Counted from the first letter of the stretch, positions 1-9,805 are shown. The stretch is 64,000 nucleotides of DNA from an uncultured Bacillaceae bacterium (GCA_937995745.1 CALKIU010000069.1:33337-97336); one strand, 5' to 3'. Made by a program: numbers and translations. The notes: generated from the letters alone by a model not told the origin.

Positions 1-526
1 TTCCCGGCAAGAAACGGTCCGTATCGACCCCTGAATAAATCGTTTTTAATTTGGGAGCAGCCTGCGGGTAAAGCGATTTGATGACATTGCCCACATAATT
101 GCTGACAGTGACAATTCTTTCAACTTCACTCACCACCCGGACGGCCTCTTCATAAGGAATCTTCTCCGGGTTGAACATATCGTTGTGCATGCTGAGAATG
201 ATTCTGGCGTTCCCGGATGCGGAACGGACGGGCAAAACGAGGCGGGGGCGGTTAAAAATGTGAATGATATCAAAAGAATTTTCGTGGTTTTCAAGAAAGT
301 TGACCACGCCGTTTTTGTACAGCTCGAATCTTTTGCCGGGGATTCTCACGTAACGGACGCCTCCGGACATTTCTTCATTTTTAAGAGAAGGATCTTCGAT
401 ACCGAGAACCGTGATTTCGTGGTGAGAACTCAAATGAGGCAAAACACCGGAAATATAGGTTTGAATGGCTCCGCCTTTAATGGCGGGGACGGGGAGTTTT
501 TCCGTGCAAATCATCAGCACTTTCAT
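1..526 (-). CDS. Family 1 (GT-B) glycosyltransferase, CotSA/YtcC-like; N-terminal part only, runs off the window edge
   Basis: The minus-strand frame starts at ATG 526..524. Translation MKVLMICTEKLPVPAIKGGAIQTYISGVLPHLSSHHEITVLG... resembles the N-terminal Rossmann half of GT1 enzymes. The start overlaps the stop of the upstream kinase gene (ATGA). Confidence 0.6.
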   Translation of the reverse strand, partial: MKVLMICTEKLPVPAIKGGAIQTYISGVLPHLSSHHEITVLGIEDPSLKNEEMSGGVRYVRIPGKRFELYKNGVVNFLENHENSFDIIHIFNRPRLVLPVRSASGNARIILSMHNDMFNPEKIPYEEAVRVVSEVERIVTVSNYVGNVIKSLYPQAAPKLKTIYSGVDTDRFLPG

Positions 527-1638
527 TTTTTCTTTTTCACATCCTTCCAGTCATTGGCGATTTCCTCCAAGGCCGGCCATTTGCTTGCGTCCGTCCTGAT
601 CATTTCTTCGAGCATTTCCGCCGTTTCTTCATTTAAAAATGATTCGGGGTCATAAACGACATCTTTTACGTTTTTATAAAATTCATCCGGCAGGGACAAA
701 TCGATGAGCAGCAAGTCGTACAATTCTTTGCTCAAGGGGTTTGCTTCGTGGTAGGCCTTGATAAGCTCCCGGAGCGTTTCCGGATCCCAATGCCCGGCAT
801 CGATCATCATCCCGGATATAAATTTTCTTAAATCGCGGATGGGAAGGTCGTATGCCACGCCGTCCAAGTCGATGATCCAGACGCTGCCTTTCCCCAATTG
901 ACCGTTTGACCAGCCGTAATCCTGATGGGCCAGCCCCCAATGAAGATCGCCGTACCTTGCCAATTCGCGGTATTTTGAGTTTTGCAATCTTTCCAGGGCT
1001 TTTTGCGCCTGTTTTTCAAAATATTCGACTGCTCTCAACATAGATTCGCTTGCCGGCAGGTCGTGATAGGCCTGGGCGATATGGCGGAACCAATCCATCT
1101 TTAATAAAATTTTCCGATATTTTTTCTCCCAGTTTCCCACTCTTGAAGCGCTTTCCGCATTGGACGGAGGCCGGTATCCTTTGCTTAGACGATGGAATTC
1201 CCCGAGTCCGTAACAGAGTTTTTTCGCGCCGTCTAAATCTTTCGGGGCGGGAGTGAGCGATTCTATCCACTCTGCTACGAACCAAATTTTTCCTCCTGCG
1301 AGAACGCATTTTTCCCCCGTGTTCGTTTTGACGATCGCAGGAACCCGGGCTTTTTGTTGGCACAAATATTCCTGCGCTCCGAGACTGAATATGCTTCTTG
1401 GCGGCCTTCTGTGGAGAAGTTTGAGGCTTTTCGGTCCTTCGCTCGTTTCGATTTTCCAAATAGCCCCTCCCTTTTTCGGTTTTGTCGCTGCCACATCCAT
1501 GCAGCGGACGGAAAAGTCATATTGCTTTAAAACAGCCAATGCAATAAATTGGATATACTCAGGCACGTGCAATTTATCCGCTTCTGTTGTTTCGTTTGTT
1601 TCCTCCGTCATCCACGGCATGATTTCCAGGGTTTTCAT
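523..1638 (-). CDS. CotS-family spore coat protein (protein-kinase/aminoglycoside phosphotransferase fold)
   Basis: ORF track 523..1695; start moved to ATG 1638, which has GGAGGG 6 nt upstream. Motifs: HQDYGWSNG (HxDxxxxN catalytic loop) and IIDLDG (metal-binding Asp). Confidence 0.65.
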   Translation of the reverse strand: MKTLEIMPWMTEETNETTEADKLHVPEYIQFIALAVLKQYDFSVRCMDVAATKPKKGGAIWKIETSEGPKSLKLLHRRPPRSIFSLGAQEYLCQQKARVPAIVKTNTGEKCVLAGGKIWFVAEWIESLTPAPKDLDGAKKLCYGLGEFHRLSKGYRPPSNAESASRVGNWEKKYRKILLKMDWFRHIAQAYHDLPASESMLRAVEYFEKQAQKALERLQNSKYRELARYGDLHWGLAHQDYGWSNGQLGKGSVWIIDLDGVAYDLPIRDLRKFISGMMIDAGHWDPETLRELIKAYHEANPLSKELYDLLLIDLSLPDEFYKNVKDVVYDPESFLNEETAEMLEEMIRTDASKWPALEEIANDWKDVKKKK

Positions 1639-1865
1639 GCATTTCCCTCCGTTTTTTGTTTCTACAGGTTCTGTGCAAAAGCTTGTTTTTAACAAGTTAT
1701 GTCATTTGCAACTGTTTGGTATAGGACAAGTCTCTAAATTCCGCAAAATAAAAAACTAGTTGCCGCGGCAAAATTCCTATACAAGAAAACCGGGATGACA
1801 TACATATGCAGTATGTCCGCAAAAAACAAGAGAAGGGAACGGTTTTTAAACACGGAGGTGGAAAC

Positions 1866-2858
1866 ATGTCAAGCGGTCAAGAAGGTTCTGCTTTTCTAGT
1901 CACGGGCTGCGTCGGATTCATCGGATTTCATATGGCAAACCGGTTGCTTGCGGAAGGAAACGAAGTGTTTGGTATCGACAACTTGAATGATTATTATGAC
2001 GTGCGGCTGAAAAGAGACCGGCTCGCAATCTTACAACGAAATCCCCGCTTTTCATTTTTTAAAGGTTCCGTGGAAAATAAGGAGCTTTTGGAACACGTTT
2101 TCTCGTTGCGGCCGTTTGAGACGGTGATTCATCTGGCGGCTCAGGCCGGCGTTCGGTACAGTTTGGAACAGCCGCAACAATATGTGCAAGCAAATGTGGC
2201 AGGATTTTTAAATATTTTGGAATGTTGCCGCAAGCGACAAACGAAACATTTAATATATGCGTCATCCAGTTCTGTTTACGGAAATAACAGGAATACTCCC
2301 TTTGCGGAAACCGACTGCACGGAAAAGCCGGTCAGTATGTATGCTGTGTCCAAAAAAGCAAATGAATTGATGGCTTACGCATATTGCCACTTGTACAAAC
2401 TTCCTGCGACGGGTTTGCGGTTTTTTACTGTATACGGCCCTTGGGGGCGCCCGGACATGGCTGTTTTCAAATTTACCGGGGCCATTTTGAAGGGCGAGCC
2501 CATTAAAGTTTATAATCAAGGAAACATGAAGCGGGATTTCACTTATATTGATGATGTGATTGAATCAATATCCAGGCTGATTAAAAAAGGTCCTCCGGCA
2601 GGGACGATACCCTATAAAATTTATAATGTCGGCAATCACAAACCTGTCGAATTGAATGATTTAATAGCCTGTCTGGAAAAAGAACTGGGAAGAAAGGCGA
2701 AGAAAATCTTTTTGCCTTTGCAGCCCGGAGATGTATTAGAAACTTTTGCGAGTGTACAAGAATTGGAGCAAGCGATCAACTATCGACCGTCCGTTTCGAT
2801 AGAGGAAGGAATTAAGAGATTCGCAGCTTGGTACAAAAGTTATTACAAAATCTCTTAG
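1866..2858 (+). CDS. NAD-dependent nucleotide-sugar epimerase (UDP-glucuronate 4-epimerase-like SDR)
   Basis: Contains VTGCVGFIGFH (GxxGxxG) and the YAVSK (YxxxK) catalytic motif; ends ...AAWYKSYY as in Cap1J/WbnF-type epimerases. Start set at ATG 1866 behind GGAGGTGG. Confidence 0.7.
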   Translation: MSSGQEGSAFLVTGCVGFIGFHMANRLLAEGNEVFGIDNLNDYYDVRLKRDRLAILQRNPRFSFFKGSVENKELLEHVFSLRPFETVIHLAAQAGVRYSLEQPQQYVQANVAGFLNILECCRKRQTKHLIYASSSSVYGNNRNTPFAETDCTEKPVSMYAVSKKANELMAYAYCHLYKLPATGLRFFTVYGPWGRPDMAVFKFTGAILKGEPIKVYNQGNMKRDFTYIDDVIESISRLIKKGPPAGTIPYKIYNVGNHKPVELNDLIACLEKELGRKAKKIFLPLQPGDVLETFASVQELEQAINYRPSVSIEEGIKRFAAWYKSYYKIS

Positions 2859-2888
2859 GCGGGAACTTTGTGCCGCAAAAGGAAAAAA

Positions 2889-2919
2889 GGCCGGAACGGT
2901 TAAAGGAATCCGGCTTTTT
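2889..2919 (+). terminator. Putative intrinsic terminator after the epimerase gene
   Basis: GGCCGGA...TCCGGC hairpin followed by TTTTT. Confidence 0.4.
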
Positions 2920-3281
2920 GTATGGAGAAAAATTTCAGAGAATAGGCATAAACGACTATCATCTAAATGATAGAAGTTATAGTCTGAAAAGATTTTATTA
3001 TTATAAAAATAAGTAAATTCTACCGTTAAAGAGAAAATAATGTTAAAGAATTCCTTATTTTTCGACAAAATATTTGCTCGTGAGGGAAAATTTGTGTCAT
3101 TTCTGTATGACTTGAGGTTCATAATTTCTAAAGGGATTCTTTTAAAATTAGACGAATTATTATACAATAATGTTGAGTTGATATTTGTTGAAACATGACG
3201 AATATCATAACTCTTTTAAATTTTTTATTTATTGTGATGAAAACGACCTAGTTCGATGGTAAAGGGGTGAAAAACTGAAAA

Positions 3282-4799
3282 ATGCAGGAGTTGATACTGT
3301 CTGTTTTATCCTTGATCATCCTTGTGCCGCTTATCTATTTTCTTCCTTTGGGACTCACTAACAAAGGAAAAGCATTTATTGTTGGAGCAGCTTTTTTATT
3401 GGCAAATATAGGATTATTGACACAGCATATCCTGCCGACATGGCTGATATGGACGATTCTCGCGCTGCTCGTCTTTTTGGTTGCTTACGTGATGCAGAAC
3501 AGAATGAGTGAAGTGTTGTTCGCCGGAATGTCCGAGGACAGCGGTACGAAAGATTCGCTCTATGATCAAAATTTGGATGCCGTTGATGAAAGAGACCGCT
3601 TTTATAAGCGATATGATTCACACCGCGAGGAATCCGTCCCCGCTAGCGGGACAATGGAAGACATCAGGACGGCGTCTTTACCCGAACTCGAAGAGGAAGA
3701 CTCTGCTGCTTCGGACGAACATCCCCGGGAAGAAAGCGCTGAAATGGAAGAGATTGCACTTAAAGAATCTGATGATCAGCTTATTATTGAAAAAAGCGAA
3801 GCTCTCGGCGAACTTCCCGGTCAAGATTTGGCAGAGACACCTGAGGATGAACAATTGTTGGAGCCCGGTGAAGGCAGGGATGAGGATGCCGCTGGCGAGC
3901 CGTCCTATCTCGGCAAGATAGAAAGGCTTATGGAGGATGATGATACAGAAGCGGAAGAAACTGTTGAACTTACGGCCATCCAAGAGGAGTCCATGGTTGA
4001 AGATTTGTCAACGGAAGAATTGCTAGAAGCGGCTTCACCTGCAGAATCGCCGGAGCTTGAGGAAACCGGTGACTTGAGCGGCGAATTGTTCGGTGCTATG
4101 GATGAATACGCTTCTGAATCAGAGATGTTGCATGAAGTCGAAGAGGAAGACACTCATTTGCCTGAAGAAAACGAAATCTTCATCCAAGAAGATGAGGCAA
4201 AGGATGGCGGGGATGAACAGCAGGCGGATGAAGAGATCGCCGAAATAGCTGATTTGCCGGTAGACGAGGAAGAATGGCAAGCTTCGGTTTCGGAACTGTT
4301 TGGAGAAACCGTCCTGCAGGTTGAAGAGGAACAACTGCAAGAACAGCCGGACGGCGGGGATACAGAGCTTGAGATTTTAATCGGTGAAGAAGAAGAAGTT
4401 CTGCATGACGAACCTGCGCAAGAGGCCCATCCGCAACAGTTGCCAACAGAAGATACCAACCTGGAAGACGGAGATGAAGAAGAAGCTGGGCTTGAAGAAC
4501 AGCGGCACGCTTTGCAACAGCAAATGCTTCATTTGTTGGCTTCCCAATTGGAATTGCAAAGAGATCGGCTGCCCGCGCATCAGTACGAAAGCCTTATCAA
4601 GGAACATTTGGTCGACGATCTGCCTCCTCAGGACTATTACACATTTGCCAGCATGCTCATTGAGCACTATATAAGGAATAAAGAATTAGGAAAATTAGAG
4701 GAATTATTGTGGAATTTGCGTGAAAAATTCACGGAATTCCCTGTTATAATGATGGAAATTCAATATTTATATGAACAATATTGTAAAAATATATTATAA
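3282..4799 (+). CDS. Hypothetical membrane-anchored, extremely acidic protein
   Basis: The N-terminal ~70 aa form 2-3 hydrophobic helices. The central ~330 aa are Glu/Asp-rich low complexity. The C-terminal ~90 aa are non-repetitive (LPAHQYESLIKEHLVDD...YLYEQYCKNIL). No family recognised. Confidence 0.5.
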   Translation: MQELILSVLSLIILVPLIYFLPLGLTNKGKAFIVGAAFLLANIGLLTQHILPTWLIWTILALLVFLVAYVMQNRMSEVLFAGMSEDSGTKDSLYDQNLDAVDERDRFYKRYDSHREESVPASGTMEDIRTASLPELEEEDSAASDEHPREESAEMEEIALKESDDQLIIEKSEALGELPGQDLAETPEDEQLLEPGEGRDEDAAGEPSYLGKIERLMEDDDTEAEETVELTAIQEESMVEDLSTEELLEAASPAESPELEETGDLSGELFGAMDEYASESEMLHEVEEEDTHLPEENEIFIQEDEAKDGGDEQQADEEIAEIADLPVDEEEWQASVSELFGETVLQVEEEQLQEQPDGGDTELEILIGEEEEVLHDEPAQEAHPQQLPTEDTNLEDGDEEEAGLEEQRHALQQQMLHLLASQLELQRDRLPAHQYESLIKEHLVDDLPPQDYYTFASMLIEHYIRNKELGKLEELLWNLREKFTEFPVIMMEIQYLYEQYCKNIL

Positions 4800-4878
4800 A
4801 ATTACCAGTCCATGTTAAAATGATGTATCATAAGTAATAGTCTTATCGAACTTATAGATTAGGTGTGGTGAATGTGAG

Positions 4879-5697
4879 ATGAAGAAAAGTGTCCAGATTA
4901 ACGGTTTGCCGATCATCAGCATTGCTGACGGCAACCAAATCGGCAAGGTTAAATCCCTTGTCATTAATCCTGATAAAGGATCTGTTGATTTTTTAACCAT
5001 CGAACATGAAGATTTTCAAGTCAGCGTTAAAGCCATTCCCTTTAAAAAAATCATCGGAATCGGTGAATATGCTGTCACTGTCGAAAGTGAAAATGCCGTT
5101 ATCGATTTAAATGAAATTCCCATCGCCAATCAGCTCGTCAACAAAAAGATTAAGATTACCGAGACGAAAGTGATGACCAGAAAAGGAGAACTGATCGGAG
5201 AAGTTCAGGAGTATTTTGTCGAAGATGAAACGGGACAAATTCTCGGAATGGAACTGAAAGTGGATGAAAAGATTGTCTATTTGGCATCTGATTCTGTCGT
5301 CACTTTCGGCAAAGACATCATCATCGTAAATGAAGATGCGGCCTCCCGCTTTTTGAGCTCGCCGGAAGAGTTGGAAGGGGAGCCTGTTCCGGTCGAAAAT
5401 GAAGATGCCGAACCGGCTGAAACAGCGGAAGAATCCGAACCGCTTTTTCGTGAAGAGCCTGCAGTAGTAAGTGTGCCGGAAACTGCCGAAGAAGCGGACG
5501 AGGATGATGATGTAAAAGCTTTAAAAGAAAAACAAATCGAATTGTTGACAGGAAAAACATTGACAAAAAACATCTACGGTAAAAACGGGGAAATTCTTCT
5601 TGCCGAAGGCACGGTTTTGACCCGTGAACATATTGAAAAAGCGCAAAAAGAAGGCCCGAGTGTTGTCGTTGAGATTTCCATGAATGTGAAAGCTTAG
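4879..5697 (+). CDS. PRC-barrel domain protein (two PRC barrels, acidic linker, C-terminal domain)
   Basis: NGLPIISIADGNQIGKVKSLVINPDKGSVDFLTIE and TRKGELIGEVQEYFVEDETGQILGMEL resemble YlmC/YmxH-type PRC barrels. Confidence 0.55.
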   Translation: MKKSVQINGLPIISIADGNQIGKVKSLVINPDKGSVDFLTIEHEDFQVSVKAIPFKKIIGIGEYAVTVESENAVIDLNEIPIANQLVNKKIKITETKVMTRKGELIGEVQEYFVEDETGQILGMELKVDEKIVYLASDSVVTFGKDIIIVNEDAASRFLSSPEELEGEPVPVENEDAEPAETAEESEPLFREEPAVVSVPETAEEADEDDDVKALKEKQIELLTGKTLTKNIYGKNGEILLAEGTVLTREHIEKAQKEGPSVVVEISMNVKA

Positions 5698-5716
5698 ATG
5701 AAGGAGGCCGATTTAT

Positions 5717-7060
5717 GTGGGGAATCAGCAACCTTTAAAGCTGTTTTTGATGTTACTGATAAGCACGGTTTATATTTTCAGTTTCTCACAGATCGGTGCT
5801 TTGGCTTACAGTACTTTCTCAGAAAACCGCAGCTACTTCGCTGAAGGAACGATCATCGGAAATGTTCCCGTCGGCGGGAAGACGAAAAATGAAGCCGTTG
5901 CTCTCGTCGAAGAGGAGATTTCCAAATGGCTGGACCAAACGCGCATCACGCTTGAATACATGGGAAACAGCGAACCACTGGATTTAAGCTATATCGAATT
6001 TGATGCCCAAGCCAGCGTGGAAAATGCCCAAAGCGGCATCAGAAATCTGGTTGCAGCCACCATCTCGCCTCTTAATGAATTCTTAAAATCACTATCGCCT
6101 TCAATTAAATTGGAAGAATTTAATGTTAAAGCGCTGGAAAACGAAATATTGAATCATGCACAAGTTCTTGAACCCGGGGAATACATTTACCGAGTGGAAA
6201 ACTTTTATGTTTCGGCCTCATTAAAAGAAAGCACTGTCATAGAACAGTCGCCCATTGCCTTGAATCAGGGAGATGAAGAAATTAAAGTTTTCGACGGAAA
6301 AAAAATCAAAATTGAACCGAAAACTTTGTTTTCCTTGTTGAATTATCTAAAGGATGAACAGTTGCATACGTTATCGGAGCAAACGCTGAATAAAATTGCT
6401 TCCGCCGTTTATACGGTTATTTTGCCGACGAACTTTTCCGTTCTTGAACGACACATCAGCAGTACATTGCCCTCATATGCCGTACTTGGTTTTGAGGCAA
6501 AAGTGGATGTGAAAAAGAATTTTGACTTGGCCTTCTCCAATCCCAATGATTCCGAATATGCCATCGAGTTTGCGGTAAAAGACGGTTCTCTCGTTGTTTC
6601 TTTGACGGGGCCGGAGTTTTTGAATGAATACACCATCGCGTTGGATGATGAAAGATCATTTGAACCGAAAACGATTAAACAGTACAGTCCGCAAATTAAA
6701 ACGGGCAAGATTGTAAAATCCCAGGGACAAAAAGGTTTGTACGTCAAGGTGTATCGGGAATTGTACGATGAAAGCGGGGCACTGCAACAGAGGATGCTTG
6801 TGTCAGAAGATTTTTACGCTCCCGTTCACCGCATAGAAATTTATCCGTTGAAAAACGATGGCGTTGACGAATCAGTGATTGAGGAACAAGATGAAACCGG
6901 TGATGCCGATACCGATGAAAAAGCGACCGGTGAAGAAAACGGAACACAAAAAGACACGGAAGACAAGAAGCCTTCCGGTGAAGGCGGGGAAGGGAAAACC
7001 AAAGACGGACGTTCAGATGACGGCTTGTGGGGAAATCCCGATGAAATTACGAAAAAATAA
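5717..7060 (+). CDS. VanW-like protein with G5-like domain and acidic C-terminal tail
   Basis: N-terminal signal/anchor helix. VanW-like block LNKIASAVYTVILPTNFSVLERHISSTLPSYAVLGFEAKVD...DLAFSNPNDSEYAIEF. G5-like block PKTIKQYSPQIKTGKIVKSQGQKGLYVKVYRELYDESG. Confidence 0.45.
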   Translation: MGNQQPLKLFLMLLISTVYIFSFSQIGALAYSTFSENRSYFAEGTIIGNVPVGGKTKNEAVALVEEEISKWLDQTRITLEYMGNSEPLDLSYIEFDAQASVENAQSGIRNLVAATISPLNEFLKSLSPSIKLEEFNVKALENEILNHAQVLEPGEYIYRVENFYVSASLKESTVIEQSPIALNQGDEEIKVFDGKKIKIEPKTLFSLLNYLKDEQLHTLSEQTLNKIASAVYTVILPTNFSVLERHISSTLPSYAVLGFEAKVDVKKNFDLAFSNPNDSEYAIEFAVKDGSLVVSLTGPEFLNEYTIALDDERSFEPKTIKQYSPQIKTGKIVKSQGQKGLYVKVYRELYDESGALQQRMLVSEDFYAPVHRIEIYPLKNDGVDESVIEEQDETGDADTDEKATGEENGTQKDTEDKKPSGEGGEGKTKDGRSDDGLWGNPDEITKK

Positions 7061-7084
7061 GGACAGCACAACGGGGTTGATGCA

Positions 7085-8743
7085 ATGAAGAAAAGGACCC
7101 GGAAACGCCTCGGAGATTTACTTCTGGAAGCTGGCCTCATAACGGAGGAGCAGCTTCAATCTGCACTAAGGGACAGGAAGCCCAATCAAAAAATTGGGGA
7201 GGCTCTCCTGCAAAAAGGGTATATTACCGAGCAGCAGCTGATCGAAGTTTTGGAGTTTCAACTGGGAGTTCCCCATGTCAGTCTTTACGGATACCCGTTT
7301 GAAAAAAATTTGCTGAATCTTGTTTCAAAAGAAACGGCCAAGAGGCATCTTCTCATTCCCCTGAAAAAGCAAGGGGACAAGCTTTATATCGCCATGGCCG
7401 ACCCCCTGGATTTTATCGCCATAGAGCATTTGCGGCTGTCGACAGGTTTTCAAATAGAACCGGTTATCGCCAGCAAAGATGAGATTCTCCGGGCAATTAG
7501 CAGGTACTATGACGTTGAAGACGGGTTCGAGGAGTTTGCCGAAGAACCCGTCCGGCCAACGGAAACGGAAGACGTGACGGAACAGGATTCGCCTGTCGTC
7601 CGCCTTGTAAACCAATTAATCTCTAACGCTATCACTTTACGGGCAAGCGACATTCATATCGATCCTCACGAAACGAAGGTCGTTGTCCGCTACCGTATTG
7701 ACGGGGTTCTGCGGATAGAAAAGGTCTTGCCGAAATCGATGCAAAGCGTGATCACCGCAAGAATTAAGATTATGTCCAACTTGGATATTACAGAACACCG
7801 CATTCCCCAGGACGGCAGGATCAAAATAAATGTAGATGTCCGTCACGTCGATATCCGCGTTTCCACGTTGCCGACGATTTACGGCGAAAAAATTGTCCTG
7901 CGAATACTTGATTTCAGCGCAACGATCAGTGATTTGAACCGACTCGGATTTAACAAAGTGAATTTGGAAAGATATCTCAAACTAATCGAAAGGCCAAACG
8001 GCATCGTTTTGATCACCGGTCCGACCGGTTCCGGGAAATCGTCCACACTATATGCGACGTTGAACAGATTGAACAGTGAAGAGGTCAATATTATCACAAT
8101 CGAGGATCCGGTTGAGTACCAGCTGGAAGGAATTAATCAGATTCAAGTGAACCCGAATGTGGGAATGACATTTGCGGCAGGTTTGAGGGCGATCCTCCGC
8201 CAAGACCCGAACATTATCATGGTTGGGGAAATACGCGACAGGGAAACGGCGGAAATTGCCATCCGCGCCTCCATTACCGGACACTTGGTCTTCAGCACTT
8301 TGCATACAAATGACTCGCTTGGGGCCGTTACGAGATTAATAGATATGGGAGTGGAACCGTTTTTGGTGGCTGCTTCCGTCAGCGGCGTTGTTGCCCAGCG
8401 TCTTGTGAGACGGGTGTGCCGGGATTGCGCCGAGGAACATGAACCGACAAAAGTGGAACGGGCTATTTTCAGAAAACGAGGCTTAACAATTGACAGAATA
8501 GTCCGTGGAAGGGGCTGTTCATCATGCCATATGACCGGTTACCGGGGCAGGATGGCCATTCAGGAAGTTCTCATCATCGATGATGAAATGCGCCATGTGA
8601 TTACAAATAAGGAATCTTTCAGCAAGCTTCAGGAATTGGCCATTAAAAATGAAACCATTTTTTTGCTGGATGATGGGTTATTGAAAATTAAAAAAGGATT
8701 GACGACTCCGGAAGAAGTGTTGAAAGTAGCATTGCCGGAATAG
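7085..8743 (+). CDS. pilB: Type IV pilus assembly ATPase PilB (GspE family)
   Basis: N-terminal T2SSE_N-like domain (LGDLLLEAGLITEEQL), Walker A GPTGSGKSST, Walker B IIMVGEIRD, His box GHLVFSTLHTN, tetra-Cys CRDC...CSSC. Confidence 0.85.
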   Translation: MKKRTRKRLGDLLLEAGLITEEQLQSALRDRKPNQKIGEALLQKGYITEQQLIEVLEFQLGVPHVSLYGYPFEKNLLNLVSKETAKRHLLIPLKKQGDKLYIAMADPLDFIAIEHLRLSTGFQIEPVIASKDEILRAISRYYDVEDGFEEFAEEPVRPTETEDVTEQDSPVVRLVNQLISNAITLRASDIHIDPHETKVVVRYRIDGVLRIEKVLPKSMQSVITARIKIMSNLDITEHRIPQDGRIKINVDVRHVDIRVSTLPTIYGEKIVLRILDFSATISDLNRLGFNKVNLERYLKLIERPNGIVLITGPTGSGKSSTLYATLNRLNSEEVNIITIEDPVEYQLEGINQIQVNPNVGMTFAAGLRAILRQDPNIIMVGEIRDRETAEIAIRASITGHLVFSTLHTNDSLGAVTRLIDMGVEPFLVAASVSGVVAQRLVRRVCRDCAEEHEPTKVERAIFRKRGLTIDRIVRGRGCSSCHMTGYRGRMAIQEVLIIDDEMRHVITNKESFSKLQELAIKNETIFLLDDGLLKIKKGLTTPEEVLKVALPE

Positions 8744-8758
8744 GGGGAAACGGGGGCC

Positions 8759-9805
8759 ATGAGGGAGTCCATGAGAAAAATATTGATTGCGGCTCAAAGG
8801 CTCGGCGCGACCGATATCCACATCACGGCAGGCACGAAGCCTGTTTTCAGGATAAATGGAATGCTGAAAAAGTACGGAAAAGAACGGTTAACTCCGGAAG
8901 TTACGGAGGAAATGGCGAAGTCTTTTTTCTCGGAGGAAGCGTGGAAAGAATTTAAGTAAAACAAGGAAATCGATTTAATTTATGAACTGCCCGGAGTTTC
9001 CCGTTTCAGGATTAATGTATATTTTCAACGTTCCAGCGCGGCATTGGCCATCCGCGTCATCCCGAACAGGATTCCGACCATTGACGAGTTAAATCTCCCT
9101 CCGGTCATAAAAGAAATAGCCAATAGCAAACAAGGTTTAATTCTTGTGACGGGACCGTCCGGAAGCGGCAAGACTACCACGATGGCGGCCATGATAGATT
9201 ATATGAACCGGACGATGAACAAGCATATCATCACGCTCGAGGATCCGATCGAATATTTGCATGACAACAACAAATCGATCATTGAGCAACGGGAAATCGG
9301 TCTCGATACGAAAAGTTTTGCCTCCGGACTCCGCTCCGCTTTGCGATAGGATCCGGATGTCATCCTTGTCGGGGAAATGAGAGATTTGGAGACAATCCAG
9401 ACGGCCATAACGGCCGCAGAGACTGGACACTTGGTGTTGGCGACTCTTCATACCTTTAATACAGAAGGGGCGATTCATCGGATCATCGATGTTTTTCCCC
9501 CGCACCAACAGTCGCAAATTCGCTATCAGCTGGCATCCGTTCTCGTGGCAATCATTGCGCAAAGATTGTTTCCTTCCGTTGACAGAAAAGGTCAGAGGCT
9601 GGCTACGGAAATTTTGATCAACAATCCTGCCGTGGCCAATTTAATCCGGACGGACAAAGTGTATCAAATTATCAACGTAATCCAGCTATCCCGACAACAA
9701 GGGATGCACACGTTTGAATTGAGTATCAGAAATCTTGTGAAAAGTAACCAAATTTCCAAAGAAGATGCTGATTTATTTTTACAGGAGAAGAGAAGCTATG
9801 GCTAG
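8759..9805 (+). pseudogene. pilT: Twitching-motility (retraction) ATPase PilT interrupted by two in-frame stop codons
   Basis: Three ORF-track pieces (8759..8959, 9044..9349, 9377..9805) lie in one frame and together give a full-length ~348-codon PilT. Motifs: Walker A GPSGSGKTTT, ILVGEMRD, GHLVLATLHT. Stops: TAA 8957..8959 and TAG 9347..9349, the latter where PilT proteins read ALRQDPD. Confidence 0.75.

Noticed and set aside
185-655. 156-aa plus-strand ORF at the left edge
   Set aside because: It lies antisense to a glycosyltransferase frame with clear family resemblance, and has no RBS and no recognisable motifs.
2859-3281. AT-rich 420-nt spacer with a 143-aa minus-strand ORF
   Set aside because: The ORF is Asn/Phe/Ile-rich, reflecting AT-rich composition. 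It overlaps the epimerase 3' end and terminator and has no RBS. The region is treated as promoter or intergenic sequence.
3678-4667. Several 73-101-aa Ser/Cys-rich minus-strand ORFs
   Set aside because: They are antisense reading of GAA/GAG/GAT-rich coding sequence of the acidic protein, a compositional artefact.
8957-9349. The idea that the pilT stops are programmed recoding (selenocysteine, pyrrolysine or read-through)
   Set aside because: The stops are TAA and TAG, not TGA, and I saw no SECIS- or PYLIS-like context. Both fall at ordinary conserved positions, one clearly a Gln codon one transition away. Pseudogenisation or sequencing error is the simpler explanation.
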